From: Thermoanaerobaculia bacterium
Lineage (GTDB): Bacteria > Acidobacteriota > Thermoanaerobaculia > Gp7-AA8
Reading direction: 5' to 3'
Assembly (NCBI GenBank): GCA_034664845.1
Contig: JAXDGW010000027.1
Span: 65,687-129,686 of the forward strand
Length of the DNA: 64,000 nucleotides
A model generated the notes under the pieces. It was not told where the DNA came from, ran no database searches, and saw only the letters and a program-made list of their open reading frames with translations. The position numbers and the translations under genes are program-made. This document shows positions 47,602 to 56,670 of this stretch, one piece after another; position 1 is the first letter of the stretch, and each line of letters begins with the position of its first letter.

Positions 47602-50148
47602 ATGCCGCTCTACACCGCACCGGGAGTCCGGTTCGAGCCCGCCGATACCGGCAGCCAGGGCATCGCCGCGCTCCGCACGGACGTGGCGGGGTTCGTCGGC
47701 GTTTGCGAGCGGGGCCCGCTCGACGCACCGCTGCGCGCAGGCTCGTGGGAGCAGTTCCGGACGGCCTTCGGCGGCCTCGTTTCCAACGCCATCCTTCCCT
47801 GGTCGGTGAAGGCATTCTTCGAGAACGGCGGGCGCACCTGCTGGATCGTCCGCGTCGCTGCACAAACAACTTCGACCACGACCTCGGGCACACAGCCGTC
47901 CGACCGGCAATCGTCGAAGGTGCTCGATGCCAGCGGCTTTGCGGCCGGCGCCGTAGCGACGCTCGCACAGTCCATCGCCACGACGACCGCGACGATCGCG
48001 CAGCCCGCCGGCCGGCAATCGTCCGTCGTTGCCAGCGCCGCCGGCTTCATCGCAGGCGCGGTGGCGATGCTGTCGCAGACGACGCAAACGACGAGCACCG
48101 GCGCAGCGCAGCCGGCAGACCGACGTTCATCCCTTGTCGCCGATGTGACCGGCTTCACCCCCGGCGCGCTCGTCGAAGTCACCCAGGCGGGAAAGACGAC
48201 GCACCTGCTCGTGTCGGCCGCCGACGCCGCGACGAACACGCTCGTTTGGGACACGCCGCTCGACGCGACCTACAACCTCGCCGCCACTCTGCATTTCCGG
48301 ACGACGTGGCGCGACGCGCGGCGCGTTCATCGCGTCGACGGACCCACGATCCACTGGACCGTTGCGCTCGATCAGCAGTTTGATCTCGCCCGCGCGATTG
48401 CCATCGAGACCGTAGCCCGGAGTGAGCGATTGATCGCCGGCGTCACCGGTGCGACGGTCGCCTGGACGCGCCCATACGGCGGCGAATACGACCCGGCGCA
48501 GCCGATCGATGTCTCCACCGGCGCATCCGCGGCGAGCGGCGTACTGCTCGACGCGACCGGCACGCCGACGCTGCGCGTCGATGCAGCTAGCCCGGGAGCA
48601 TGGGGAAATGCGGTCAGCGTCGTCGTCTCGCGCACGAGCCGTCAGGCCACGCGCAGTGCCGGCGTGCAGCCGTCGAATGGTGCATTCAGCGTCGTCGAAA
48701 GCGTCGCCGGCATTTCCGCCGGAAGCGTGCTCCAGATTTTCCAGCCGGGCTCACGCACATTCCATCGCGTCGTCTCCTCCGTCGATGCGGCGCGCAAGCG
48801 CATCTTCTGGCGCGAGCCGCTCGGGAACCTCGATCTGACGCAGCCGTTTTCTCTGGAGAGCGACGAGATCACGATCGCTGTTTATGAGCGCGCCAACCTT
48901 CGCGAAGTTCTCGACCGGCTGACGCTGGTGGCGGGCGACGATCAACACGATGCGCCGGCGGTCGTCAACGCCGCCTCACGCTACCTCCGCCTGACCGATC
49001 TCGCCTCGCCGGCGCCGCCTCCCCTGTCGCATCCGAACCCGCAATCCCCCGCGCTCGACAACGGCCGGCTTCTGCTTGCCGGCGGCCGCGACGGCATCGC
49101 CGCGCTCCGGGCGGACGACATCACAGGAACCTTCACCACCGATGACCGCGCCGGCCTGCGGACGCTCGAGCTGGTGGATGAGGTTTCCTACATCGCCATC
49201 CCCGACGTCCTCATCGAGCGCGTTCCCGCGCTGGAAGTTCTCCCCGATCCGCCGCCCCCGCCGCCCGATCCATGCCTGCTCGCGCCGCCGCCGCTCTCGC
49301 TCGTCGCCGCTCCTCCGCCTCCGGCGATCCGCGAGCAGAGCGCGCACTTCAACCTCGACGAGGTGCTGCGCGTGCAGAACGCGATGATCGATCACTGCGA
49401 GCGTTTGCGCGACCGGATGGCGCTGCTCGACCCGCCGAACTTCCGCGCAACCGAGCTGGCGGAGATCGATAGCTGGCGGCGACGCTTCGATACGAAATAC
49501 GCCGCGCTCTACTTTCCCTGGATCGTCGTCCTCGATCCGCAGAACAGCCGCGATCTCACGCGGGCCATCCCGCCGAGCGGACACGTCGCCGGCATCTGGG
49601 CGCGCACCGACCTCACCACCGGCGTACACAAGGCGCCAGCGAATGAAGAGCTTCGCTGGGCGCAGGACTCAACGATCGACGTGACCGAGGCGGTGCATGA
49701 GATCCTCAATCCGGCGGGCATCAACGCCATTCGTCTCCTGCCGGCCCGCGGACTGCGCGTCTACGGAGCGCGCACCGTGAGCAGCGATCCGTCGTGGCGC
49801 TACGTCAGCGTGCGGCGGCTGCTGATCATGATCGAAGAGGCGGTCGAGGAAGCGCTGCAGTGGGCGGTCTTCGAGCCTCACGACGCCGCGCTTCGGGAAA
49901 AGGTAGCGATGTCGATCTACTCGTTCCTGGAGCGGCTCTGGGAACGGGGAGCACTGGCCGGCGCGACCGCGGGGGAGGCGTTCTACATCCGCTGCAACGA
50001 GTCCAACAACCCTCCCGACGCGGTCGCAAACGGCCACCTCCTCGCCGAGGTCGGCGTCGCGCCGGTCATCCCGGCGGAGTTCATCGTCTTCCGCATCGGC
50101 CGCACCGAGGATGTGCTCGAGACGAGCGAGCCGGAAGGGGGCGCGTGA
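47602..50148 (+). CDS. Contractile tail sheath protein, paralog 2, with large insertion containing a triplicated ~39-aa repeat
   Basis: N-terminal MPLYTAPGVRFEPADTG. C-terminal core RTVSSDPSWRYVSVRRLL. Internal repeats TQPSDRQSSKVLDASGFAAGAVATLAQS x3. Confidence 0.85.
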   Translation: MPLYTAPGVRFEPADTGSQGIAALRTDVAGFVGVCERGPLDAPLRAGSWEQFRTAFGGLVSNAILPWSVKAFFENGGRTCWIVRVAAQTTSTTTSGTQPSDRQSSKVLDASGFAAGAVATLAQSIATTTATIAQPAGRQSSVVASAAGFIAGAVAMLSQTTQTTSTGAAQPADRRSSLVADVTGFTPGALVEVTQAGKTTHLLVSAADAATNTLVWDTPLDATYNLAATLHFRTTWRDARRVHRVDGPTIHWTVALDQQFDLARAIAIETVARSERLIAGVTGATVAWTRPYGGEYDPAQPIDVSTGASAASGVLLDATGTPTLRVDAASPGAWGNAVSVVVSRTSRQATRSAGVQPSNGAFSVVESVAGISAGSVLQIFQPGSRTFHRVVSSVDAARKRIFWREPLGNLDLTQPFSLESDEITIAVYERANLREVLDRLTLVAGDDQHDAPAVVNAASRYLRLTDLASPAPPPLSHPNPQSPALDNGRLLLAGGRDGIAALRADDITGTFTTDDRAGLRTLELVDEVSYIAIPDVLIERVPALEVLPDPPPPPPDPCLLAPPPLSLVAAPPPPAIREQSAHFNLDEVLRVQNAMIDHCERLRDRMALLDPPNFRATELAEIDSWRRRFDTKYAALYFPWIVVLDPQNSRDLTRAIPPSGHVAGIWARTDLTTGVHKAPANEELRWAQDSTIDVTEAVHEILNPAGINAIRLLPARGLRVYGARTVSSDPSWRYVSVRRLLIMIEEAVEEALQWAVFEPHDAALREKVAMSIYSFLERLWERGALAGATAGEAFYIRCNESNNPPDAVANGHLLAEVGVAPVIPAEFIVFRIGRTEDVLETSEPEGGA

Positions 50149-50675
50149 TGGCGATCGGAATCCCCGGGCTCCGTTTCGATCCCGTCCGCTCCTACAACTT
50201 CCTCATCACGCTCGTCGACTCGACGAGCGCACTCGGCACCCTCGCTTCCGCGGTACAGAACATCGTCCTCGGCGGCTTCACCGAGTGCAGCGGCCTGGAG
50301 ATGGAACTGGAGATGGAGTCGTACAACGAGGGAGGCAACAACGGGCGCGCGCTCATTTTTCCGACGCGCGTGAAGTGGTCGCACATCCGCCTCAAGCGCG
50401 GCGCGGCGTTAAGCATGGAGCTGTGGAAGTGGCACTACAGCTTCGTCGAAGGAAAAGGGAAGCGGCGCGACGGCATCATCGTGCTGCAGGACGACCTTCA
50501 TATCCCCGTCCAGCTCTGGGCCTTCTCGCGCGGTCTGCCGGTGAAGTGGACCGGCCCTTCGATGAACGCGTCGCAGAGTCAGGTGGCGATCGAGGAGCTG
50601 GAGATCGCGCACGAAGGGCTGCGAAGCCATACGCCTGGCTCGGTGATCGGCGGCGTGGTGGAGAGTCTTTTCTAA
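50148..50675 (+). CDS. Tail tube protein, paralog 2 (Afp5-like)
   Basis: RSYNFLITLVD...GGFTECSGL; ATGA overlap with sheath 2. Confidence 0.8.
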   Translation: MAIGIPGLRFDPVRSYNFLITLVDSTSALGTLASAVQNIVLGGFTECSGLEMELEMESYNEGGNNGRALIFPTRVKWSHIRLKRGAALSMELWKWHYSFVEGKGKRRDGIIVLQDDLHIPVQLWAFSRGLPVKWTGPSMNASQSQVAIEELEIAHEGLRSHTPGSVIGGVVESLF

Positions 50676-50684
50676 GGAGGAGCG

Positions 50685-50885
50685 ATGGACGTGCACGTCG
50701 GCGAAATGAACAGCACCGTGCGGATGACCGACGCACAGTCGATGCTCAGCCCCGAGGTCTTCGAGCGGATCGTGCGCGCGGTGATGCAGCGGATGCGCGA
50801 AGAGCGGTCGCACGAGGAGCGCGTGGAGAAGGAGCGGCGCATCCGGCCGCGTGCGTCCGCGGTCGAAGGGACTTCCTGGGAGTAG
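50685..50885 (+). CDS. Small conserved-position protein (Afp6-like slot)
   Basis: Strong AAGGAGGAG RBS; 66 aa. Confidence 0.45.
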   Translation: MDVHVGEMNSTVRMTDAQSMLSPEVFERIVRAVMQRMREERSHEERVEKERRIRPRASAVEGTSWE

Positions 50886-50888
50886 ACG

Positions 50889-51590
50889 ATGGCGATCGCG
50901 AAGGCAAAGTTTGAGCGACTGAACGGCAGGCTGGCTGCCGTCGGCGACGCGATCGAGGTCTCGTTCAATCCGAACGAGCTGACCTACAACAAGGGCGTGC
51001 AACTCTCTGAGATCGCCATCCCCGGTCTCGACTCTCCGATCCTCCAATTCGTTCGCGGCCAGGCGGAGACGCTCGCAGTCGACCTCTTCTTCGACAGCAC
51101 GGATGAAGGGGGGACAGGCGCCGGCGCCGTATCTGTCACGACCCACACCGACCAGTTCTACAAACTGATCAAGATCGATCGGGCCACGCACGCACCACCT
51201 GTTTGCCGGTTTGTCTGGGGAAAAGGGCTGCCCTCCTCGAACATCATCGGAGCGTCATCGACGCAGGCGCACGGCACCTTCCAATGCGTCGTGGAGAGCG
51301 TGCGGCAGAAGTTCAGCCTCTTCAGCGCCGAAGGCGTGCCGTTGCGGGCGACGCTCTCGCTGTCGCTGAAGGAATACAAAACGCTGGAGGATCAGGTCAC
51401 CGAGATCGGCAAAGAGTCGGCCGATCACACACACGCGCGGGTTGTGCAACGCGGCGACACAGTGACGAGCATCGCGGCCGAGGCCTATGACGATCCGGCG
51501 CCGTGGCGCGCCATCGCCCTCCACAACGACATCGACGATCCGCTCGATCTCGAAGTGGGGACGATTCTGGAGGTCCCGGCGCTCCGCTGA
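50889..51590 (+). CDS. Tube-like tail protein with C-terminal LysM domain (Afp7/gpX-like)
   Basis: C-terminal LysM (VQRGDTVTSIAAEAYDDPAPWRAIALHNDIDDPLDLEVGTILEVP). Confidence 0.65.
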   Translation: MAIAKAKFERLNGRLAAVGDAIEVSFNPNELTYNKGVQLSEIAIPGLDSPILQFVRGQAETLAVDLFFDSTDEGGTGAGAVSVTTHTDQFYKLIKIDRATHAPPVCRFVWGKGLPSSNIIGASSTQAHGTFQCVVESVRQKFSLFSAEGVPLRATLSLSLKEYKTLEDQVTEIGKESADHTHARVVQRGDTVTSIAAEAYDDPAPWRAIALHNDIDDPLDLEVGTILEVPALR

Positions 51591-51598
51591 GGAAGACC

Positions 51599-52738
51599 AT
51601 GACCACCGCCGCCACTCCGATTTACGCCGATAAGAGGACGTTCTACGCGCCGGAGTTTCGGGTGACCGTCGGAAAGGATGTACCGCAACGGCCCATCTTC
51701 GACATCATCGACGTCACCTTCCACGACAAGATCAACACCATCGACTGGTTCGAGATCACGCTGAGCAACTGGGATTCGCAAGACCAGACATTCAAGTACG
51801 AGCCGCCACTCCTGCGATTCAAAGGACTCATCGAACCCGATTACCGCATCGACGTTCACATGGGTTATGCCGCCAAGGGCGAATTGCGCCTGATGAGCCG
51901 CGGAGTGATCACCGCCATCGAGCCGAACTATCCCGAAAGTGGCGCTCCCACACTCACAGTTCGAGGCCAGCATCTGCTTCATCGCGCCGAGCGCCGCCAA
52001 TACACGAAAACCTGGGAAAGAATGCGCGATAGCGAAGTTGCCAAAGAACTCGGCAACAAACCGCCCGACGTCAAGCAACCCAGCCTCGGCATTCCAATCG
52101 AGATCGATGAGAGCGCCAAGAGCCGCGAACCGAACGAAAAGATCGTTCTCGACAATCTGTCTCTCGTCAACTTCCTGCAGAAGCGCGCGAACCGCCGCGG
52201 CTATGTCTTCTATGTCGATCCGGCTGACGAAAAGAACGAGCTTCTCTATTTCGGCCCATCCGATCGGCCCAACCGCACCCAGTACGGCCTGAATTGGGGC
52301 GCCACGCTGATCAGCTTCCGCCCGACGTTCGCCGTAACGCAGCAAGCCGGACGTGTGACGGTGTGCGGAAAAGACCGGCTCACAGGCGAAAAAATCGCCG
52401 AGACCGCCGAGTTCCCAACCGACAACGACCTCAATCCCGAACTGCTGCCGCCGAAAGACAGTCACGACATCATCACGGATCCCCCGGCGCGATCGATCGC
52501 GGAGGCCAAGGCACGCGCGCATGAGGCCTTGAGCCAGTTCCGCCGCAACGTGATCAACGCCAGCGGATCCACCGTCGGTCTGCCCGATCTCCGCGCAGGA
52601 AGCTACGTCGTCATCGGTGGCCTCGGCAACGGCAGCCGCTTCAATGGCCGCTACTTCATCACCGGGACAACCCACACCATCGGATCGGGCGGCTACACCA
52701 CTTCGTTCGAGGCCCGCCGCGAGGACAAGGAGAGCTGA
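51599..52738 (+). CDS. Phage late-control gpD-like tail hub protein
   Basis: C-terminal GRYFITGTTHTIGSGGYTTSFEARRE is the hallmark of the P2 gpD family. Confidence 0.75.
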   Translation: MTTAATPIYADKRTFYAPEFRVTVGKDVPQRPIFDIIDVTFHDKINTIDWFEITLSNWDSQDQTFKYEPPLLRFKGLIEPDYRIDVHMGYAAKGELRLMSRGVITAIEPNYPESGAPTLTVRGQHLLHRAERRQYTKTWERMRDSEVAKELGNKPPDVKQPSLGIPIEIDESAKSREPNEKIVLDNLSLVNFLQKRANRRGYVFYVDPADEKNELLYFGPSDRPNRTQYGLNWGATLISFRPTFAVTQQAGRVTVCGKDRLTGEKIAETAEFPTDNDLNPELLPPKDSHDIITDPPARSIAEAKARAHEALSQFRRNVINASGSTVGLPDLRAGSYVVIGGLGNGSRFNGRYFITGTTHTIGSGGYTTSFEARREDKES

Positions 52739-52741
52739 CCG

Positions 52742-52987
52742 ATGCCCATCCCGCCCATCCTCCAACCCGGCGCCGTTGACGACGACGGCAACTGGATCAA
52801 TCCCGACGTCATGGCCAGGTACATGGACGACGCCCTTCCTCCTCCCGACGACCCGGAGGACTCGGGGAAAGCAGGCCGCCGGCAGTTTTTCATCGCCATC
52901 TCCAAAGGAGTCATCGGGTATCTGCGTGCGCATCCAGAAGCGTTCGTCGACGGCAGCGGCAACCAGGTGATCGGACAGATCAAGTGA
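52742..52987 (+). CDS. Small hypothetical protein between hub and spike
   Basis: 81-aa ORF, tightly packed between neighbours. Confidence 0.35.
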   Translation: MPIPPILQPGAVDDDGNWINPDVMARYMDDALPPPDDPEDSGKAGRRQFFIAISKGVIGYLRAHPEAFVDGSGNQVIGQIK

Positions 52988-53000
52988 TCGAGGAAAAACA

Positions 53001-53504
53001 ATGACGCGATTCACCGGAGTGATCGTCGGAACCGTTCAGGACGTCAACGACCCGAACGGGCTCGGGCGAATCCGTGTCGAGTTCCCCTGGATGGGCGGCG
53101 CCAGTCAGAGTCACTGGGCGCCGGTGGCCGCCGGAATGGCCGGCGGAGGCCGCGGCATGTTCTTCATGCCGGAGGTGGGCGACGAAGCGCTGGTCGCGTT
53201 CGATCATGGCGACGTCGATCAGGCCATCGTCCTCGGCTTTCTCTGGAACGGCCGCGATCTTCCGCCATCGAAAAACGTTCACGAGCGGGCGATCCGCTCC
53301 GTCAATGGCCACACCATCCGCTTCCTCGACTCCACTCCGGACGGCGGCAACCTCGGCGGAATCGTCATTGAAGACGGCCACCACAACCGCATCGTCCTCT
53401 CCAACGCAAAGATCACCATCCAGAGCACGGCCGTGCTCGACCTCCGCGCGCCGACGATCCTGATCAACGGCCGCGTCGTTACGCCGAACAGCAATCCGAT
53501 CTGA
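53001..53504 (+). CDS. gpV/gp5-like baseplate spike (OB-fold, VgrG spike domain)
   Basis: GVIVGTVQDVNDPNGLGRIRVEFPWM...PEVGDEALVAFDHGDVDQAIVLG typical of P2 gpV / VgrG spike. Confidence 0.8.
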   Translation: MTRFTGVIVGTVQDVNDPNGLGRIRVEFPWMGGASQSHWAPVAAGMAGGGRGMFFMPEVGDEALVAFDHGDVDQAIVLGFLWNGRDLPPSKNVHERAIRSVNGHTIRFLDSTPDGGNLGGIVIEDGHHNRIVLSNAKITIQSTAVLDLRAPTILINGRVVTPNSNPI

Positions 53505-53518
53505 CGAGAAACCGCGAA

Positions 53519-54280
53519 ATGAGCGCCATCGACATCCCGATCTCCGCCGAACTGCAGGCACTCATGAAAGTGCCGTCCGCGGCGGAGATCCGTCTGCCAA
53601 AGCCGGTCGATCTGAAGATCACGCTACCGACCGGCGCCGTGCTCAAAGCTCCCAATGACATCTCGAAGGGCTCACCGACGCCGGCATCGGCCAGCTTCGG
53701 TCTCCTCCTGCAACTCGGACCACTGCTCGGCAGCCTGGAGTGTCTTCTCAAGATTCTCAAGCTCCTCAAGCCGCTCATCGACGTCATCAAAGGCCTCCCC
53801 TTTCCACCGGTGAAAGCAATCAAAGATTTCGTGCTGGCGGCGAAGGACCTCATCCCCTGTTTCGGCGTCGTGCTGCCGACGAGTCTCATCCCCTTCATCA
53901 AAGACATCCTCTGCCTGATCCACTCGATGCTCCAGGGCATACACGACGGTCTGAAGAGCGTGGCTGACGTGATCGAGAGCGTCTCCTCGCAGATGGCCGC
54001 CGCTGACGAAAGCGGCAACGACGAGCTGAAGAAAGTGCTCGAGGCGGCGCAGGAAAATGCCATGACCTCGGCCTCGCAATTCACGGCCGCGCTCGCGCCC
54101 CTGAGCGCGCTCCTGACGATGGTCGAGCCGATCATGAGCCTGGCCGGGCTCCAGCCGTTCAAGCTGCCGGAGATGGGCGAGGCCGCCGACGCCGCCGCAT
54201 TGAAGCAGGTGGTCGGCGCGCTCGAAGGCGCCATCGACGCGCTTGGCAACGTCACGCAGGCGCTGGGAGGCTGCTCATGA
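53519..54280 (+). CDS. Helical Leu-rich hypothetical protein in the slot between spike and gp25 (tape-measure-like or spike-tip candidate)
   Basis: 253 aa, no PAAR motifs, predicted largely alpha-helical (LLLQLGPLLGSLECLLKILKLLKPLIDVIKGL). Confidence 0.4.
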   Translation: MSAIDIPISAELQALMKVPSAAEIRLPKPVDLKITLPTGAVLKAPNDISKGSPTPASASFGLLLQLGPLLGSLECLLKILKLLKPLIDVIKGLPFPPVKAIKDFVLAAKDLIPCFGVVLPTSLIPFIKDILCLIHSMLQGIHDGLKSVADVIESVSSQMAAADESGNDELKKVLEAAQENAMTSASQFTAALAPLSALLTMVEPIMSLAGLQPFKLPEMGEAADAAALKQVVGALEGAIDALGNVTQALGGCS

Positions 54281-54681
54281 GCGGCCGCGATTTCCTCGGC
54301 ACCGGCTGGAGCTTCCCGGTCCGGCCCGGCCCGCGCGGCGGCTTTGTCTGGTCGTCCGCCGAAACCGACATCGAGGAGTCGATCTGGATCATCCTCGGCA
54401 CCGCCAAAGGGGAGCGCCAGATGCTTCCGCAGTTCGGATGCGGGATTCACAACTACGTCTTCGCGCCGAACAGCCCCACCACCCGCACGAGCATCGCCGA
54501 GGACGTCCGCGGCGCGCTCACCACCTTCGAGCCGCGCATCGATCTGACCGGCGTGCGCGTCGACGCCGCACCTGACGATCCCGCGCGGCTGTTCATCCGC
54601 ATCGACTACCGCGTCAGGAAAACGAACGCCTTCCACAACCTCGTCTATCCCTTTTATCTCAGCGAAGGGAAAGAGAGCTGA
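54277..54681 (+). CDS. gp25/GPW-like baseplate wedge protein
   Basis: GTGWSFP...[25 protein letters not shown]...ALTTFEPRI matches GPW_gp25. Confidence 0.8.
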   Translation: MSGRDFLGTGWSFPVRPGPRGGFVWSSAETDIEESIWIILGTAKGERQMLPQFGCGIHNYVFAPNSPTTRTSIAEDVRGALTTFEPRIDLTGVRVDAAPDDPARLFIRIDYRVRKTNAFHNLVYPFYLSEGKES

Positions 54682-54683
54682 CC

Positions 54684-56666
54684 ATGCCTTTGCTGCCGCC
54701 GAATCTCGATGACCGAACCTACGCGCAACTCGTCGCCGAGGCGAAGACGCTCATCCCGAGGTACACGCCGGAGTGGACGGATCACAACGAGAGCGACCCC
54801 GGCATCACCCTGATCGAGCTCTTCGCCTGGCTCACGGAGATGCTCCTCTACCGCGTCAACCGTATCCCGGAGCGCAACTACATCGAGTTCCTGCGGCTAC
54901 TCGGCATTGAGCTGCTGCCTGCCGGTCCGGCGCGCGCAGAGCTGACGTTCACACTCGCGCGCAACGACGTCGACACCGTCTTCATCCCGAAAGGGACGCG
55001 CATCGCCGCTCCCGCGAATGGCGGCGAGGCACCGCTGCTCTTCGAGACCAATGAGACGCTCATCGCCCTCGGCGCGAAACTGAAAGCGATCCAGAGTTTC
55101 GACGGCTTCAGCTTCACGAACGTGACGACGCACAACGCCGCCGCGGGCCAGACCTTCTTCCCGTTCGGGCCGCGCGTGCGCAAGGACGCTGCCTTCTACC
55201 TCGGCTTCGAATCTCCGCTCCCCTTCACCAGCCAGCAGGTCAATCTGGTGTTCTTCGTTCACACCGACGAGCAGAAGGGAGCGACGCACTGCGACCTCGA
55301 TCTCGCCACGCTTCCGCCGCCCGCGGAAATCGCCTGGGAGTTCTGGAGCAACGGTTTCTGGCAGCAGTTCGAAGTCGACCGCGACGACACCCGCGCCTTC
55401 ACTCGCAGCGGTCATCTCTACTTCCCCGGTCCCGGCGCCGCTCTGCAAAGGCGCGCCCTCGGCGAGGTGAAAGTGCCGCTCTACTGGATTCGCGCGCGTC
55501 TCGTCGAGCCAACCTACGAACAGGCGCCCGAGCTCGAGGCGGTGATGACGAACACCATCTCCGCGACTGCCGCCGTCACCGTGCGCAACGAAGTCGTCGG
55601 CTCCACCACCGGCCAACCGGCGACGACGCTGCGGCTGGCCAACACGTCCATCGTCGAGCGCGACCGGCCGGAGCAGGCAACGAGCTCCGCGGGTGTGGTC
55701 ACCATCACGAGCGTCCGTCTCGAGATCGACGAAGGTCTCGGATTCGAGGTTTGGCAGGAGGTCGATGACTTCTACGCCTCGGGGCCCGACGACCAGCACT
55801 TCCGGCTCAACCGGAACACCGGCGAGATCGCATTCGGCGACGGCGACCACGGCCGCATTCCGCTCGCGAATCCGACCGGCGATCCGAATGTCATCGCACG
55901 CGAGTATCGCCAGGGCGGCGGGCGGCGGGGCAATGTCGCGCCGGGCCAGCTCAACGCGCTCCAGAGCTCGATCGACGGCGTCTCGGGTGTGACGAACCTC
56001 CGCGCCGCCCTCGGCGGCTCGGACGAGGAGACGATCGAAGACGCCAAGTTGCGCGCGCCGCAGGCGCTCAAGAGCAAAGGGCGGGCGGTGACCGCCGAGG
56101 ACTTCGAGTACCTCGCCATCAGCACGCCGGCGGTCCGGCTCCGCCGCGCCAAAGCTCTGCCGCTGTATCACCCGCGCTTCACCGGCGCGCCGATTCCCGG
56201 CACCGTCACGGTCGTCATCGTGCCGGACAGCGACGCTCCGAATCCCACGCCGAGCGAGGCCACGCGACGCATCGTCTGCCAGCACCTCGAGAAACATCGC
56301 CTTCTCACGTCCGAGGTTTTCATCATCGCGCCAACCTACCGGCTGGTGCGGATCGAAGCGGACGTCGCCGTCGCCACCAGCGCGGATCTGGCCGAGGTCA
56401 AGCACGGCGTCGAAGACGCGCTGACGCGCTACTTCCATCCGCTCACCGGCGGCAGCGACGGCACCGGCTGGCCGTTCGGCGGCGAGATCTTCTACTCCAG
56501 CGTGCTCCGCGTCCTGCTGCAAGTGCCGGGCGTGGAACGCATCCGCGACAACCAGTTGCTGATCTGGCTCGACGACGAGCGGCAGACCTTCTGCCGCGAT
56601 GTGCCGGTCAACACCGGCGAGCTGCTCTACACACAAGGACACGACATCCGCGTCTCGTACGCGTGA
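54684..56666 (+). CDS. Baseplate J-like protein (gp6/gpJ family)
   Basis: Conserved baseplate-J N-terminal region ([35 protein letters not shown]); 660 aa. Confidence 0.75.
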   Translation: MPLLPPNLDDRTYAQLVAEAKTLIPRYTPEWTDHNESDPGITLIELFAWLTEMLLYRVNRIPERNYIEFLRLLGIELLPAGPARAELTFTLARNDVDTVFIPKGTRIAAPANGGEAPLLFETNETLIALGAKLKAIQSFDGFSFTNVTTHNAAAGQTFFPFGPRVRKDAAFYLGFESPLPFTSQQVNLVFFVHTDEQKGATHCDLDLATLPPPAEIAWEFWSNGFWQQFEVDRDDTRAFTRSGHLYFPGPGAALQRRALGEVKVPLYWIRARLVEPTYEQAPELEAVMTNTISATAAVTVRNEVVGSTTGQPATTLRLANTSIVERDRPEQATSSAGVVTITSVRLEIDEGLGFEVWQEVDDFYASGPDDQHFRLNRNTGEIAFGDGDHGRIPLANPTGDPNVIAREYRQGGGRRGNVAPGQLNALQSSIDGVSGVTNLRAALGGSDEETIEDAKLRAPQALKSKGRAVTAEDFEYLAISTPAVRLRRAKALPLYHPRFTGAPIPGTVTVVIVPDSDAPNPTPSEATRRIVCQHLEKHRLLTSEVFIIAPTYRLVRIEADVAVATSADLAEVKHGVEDALTRYFHPLTGGSDGTGWPFGGEIFYSSVLRVLLQVPGVERIRDNQLLIWLDDERQTFCRDVPVNTGELLYTQGHDIRVSYA

Positions 56667-56670
56667 GGAG

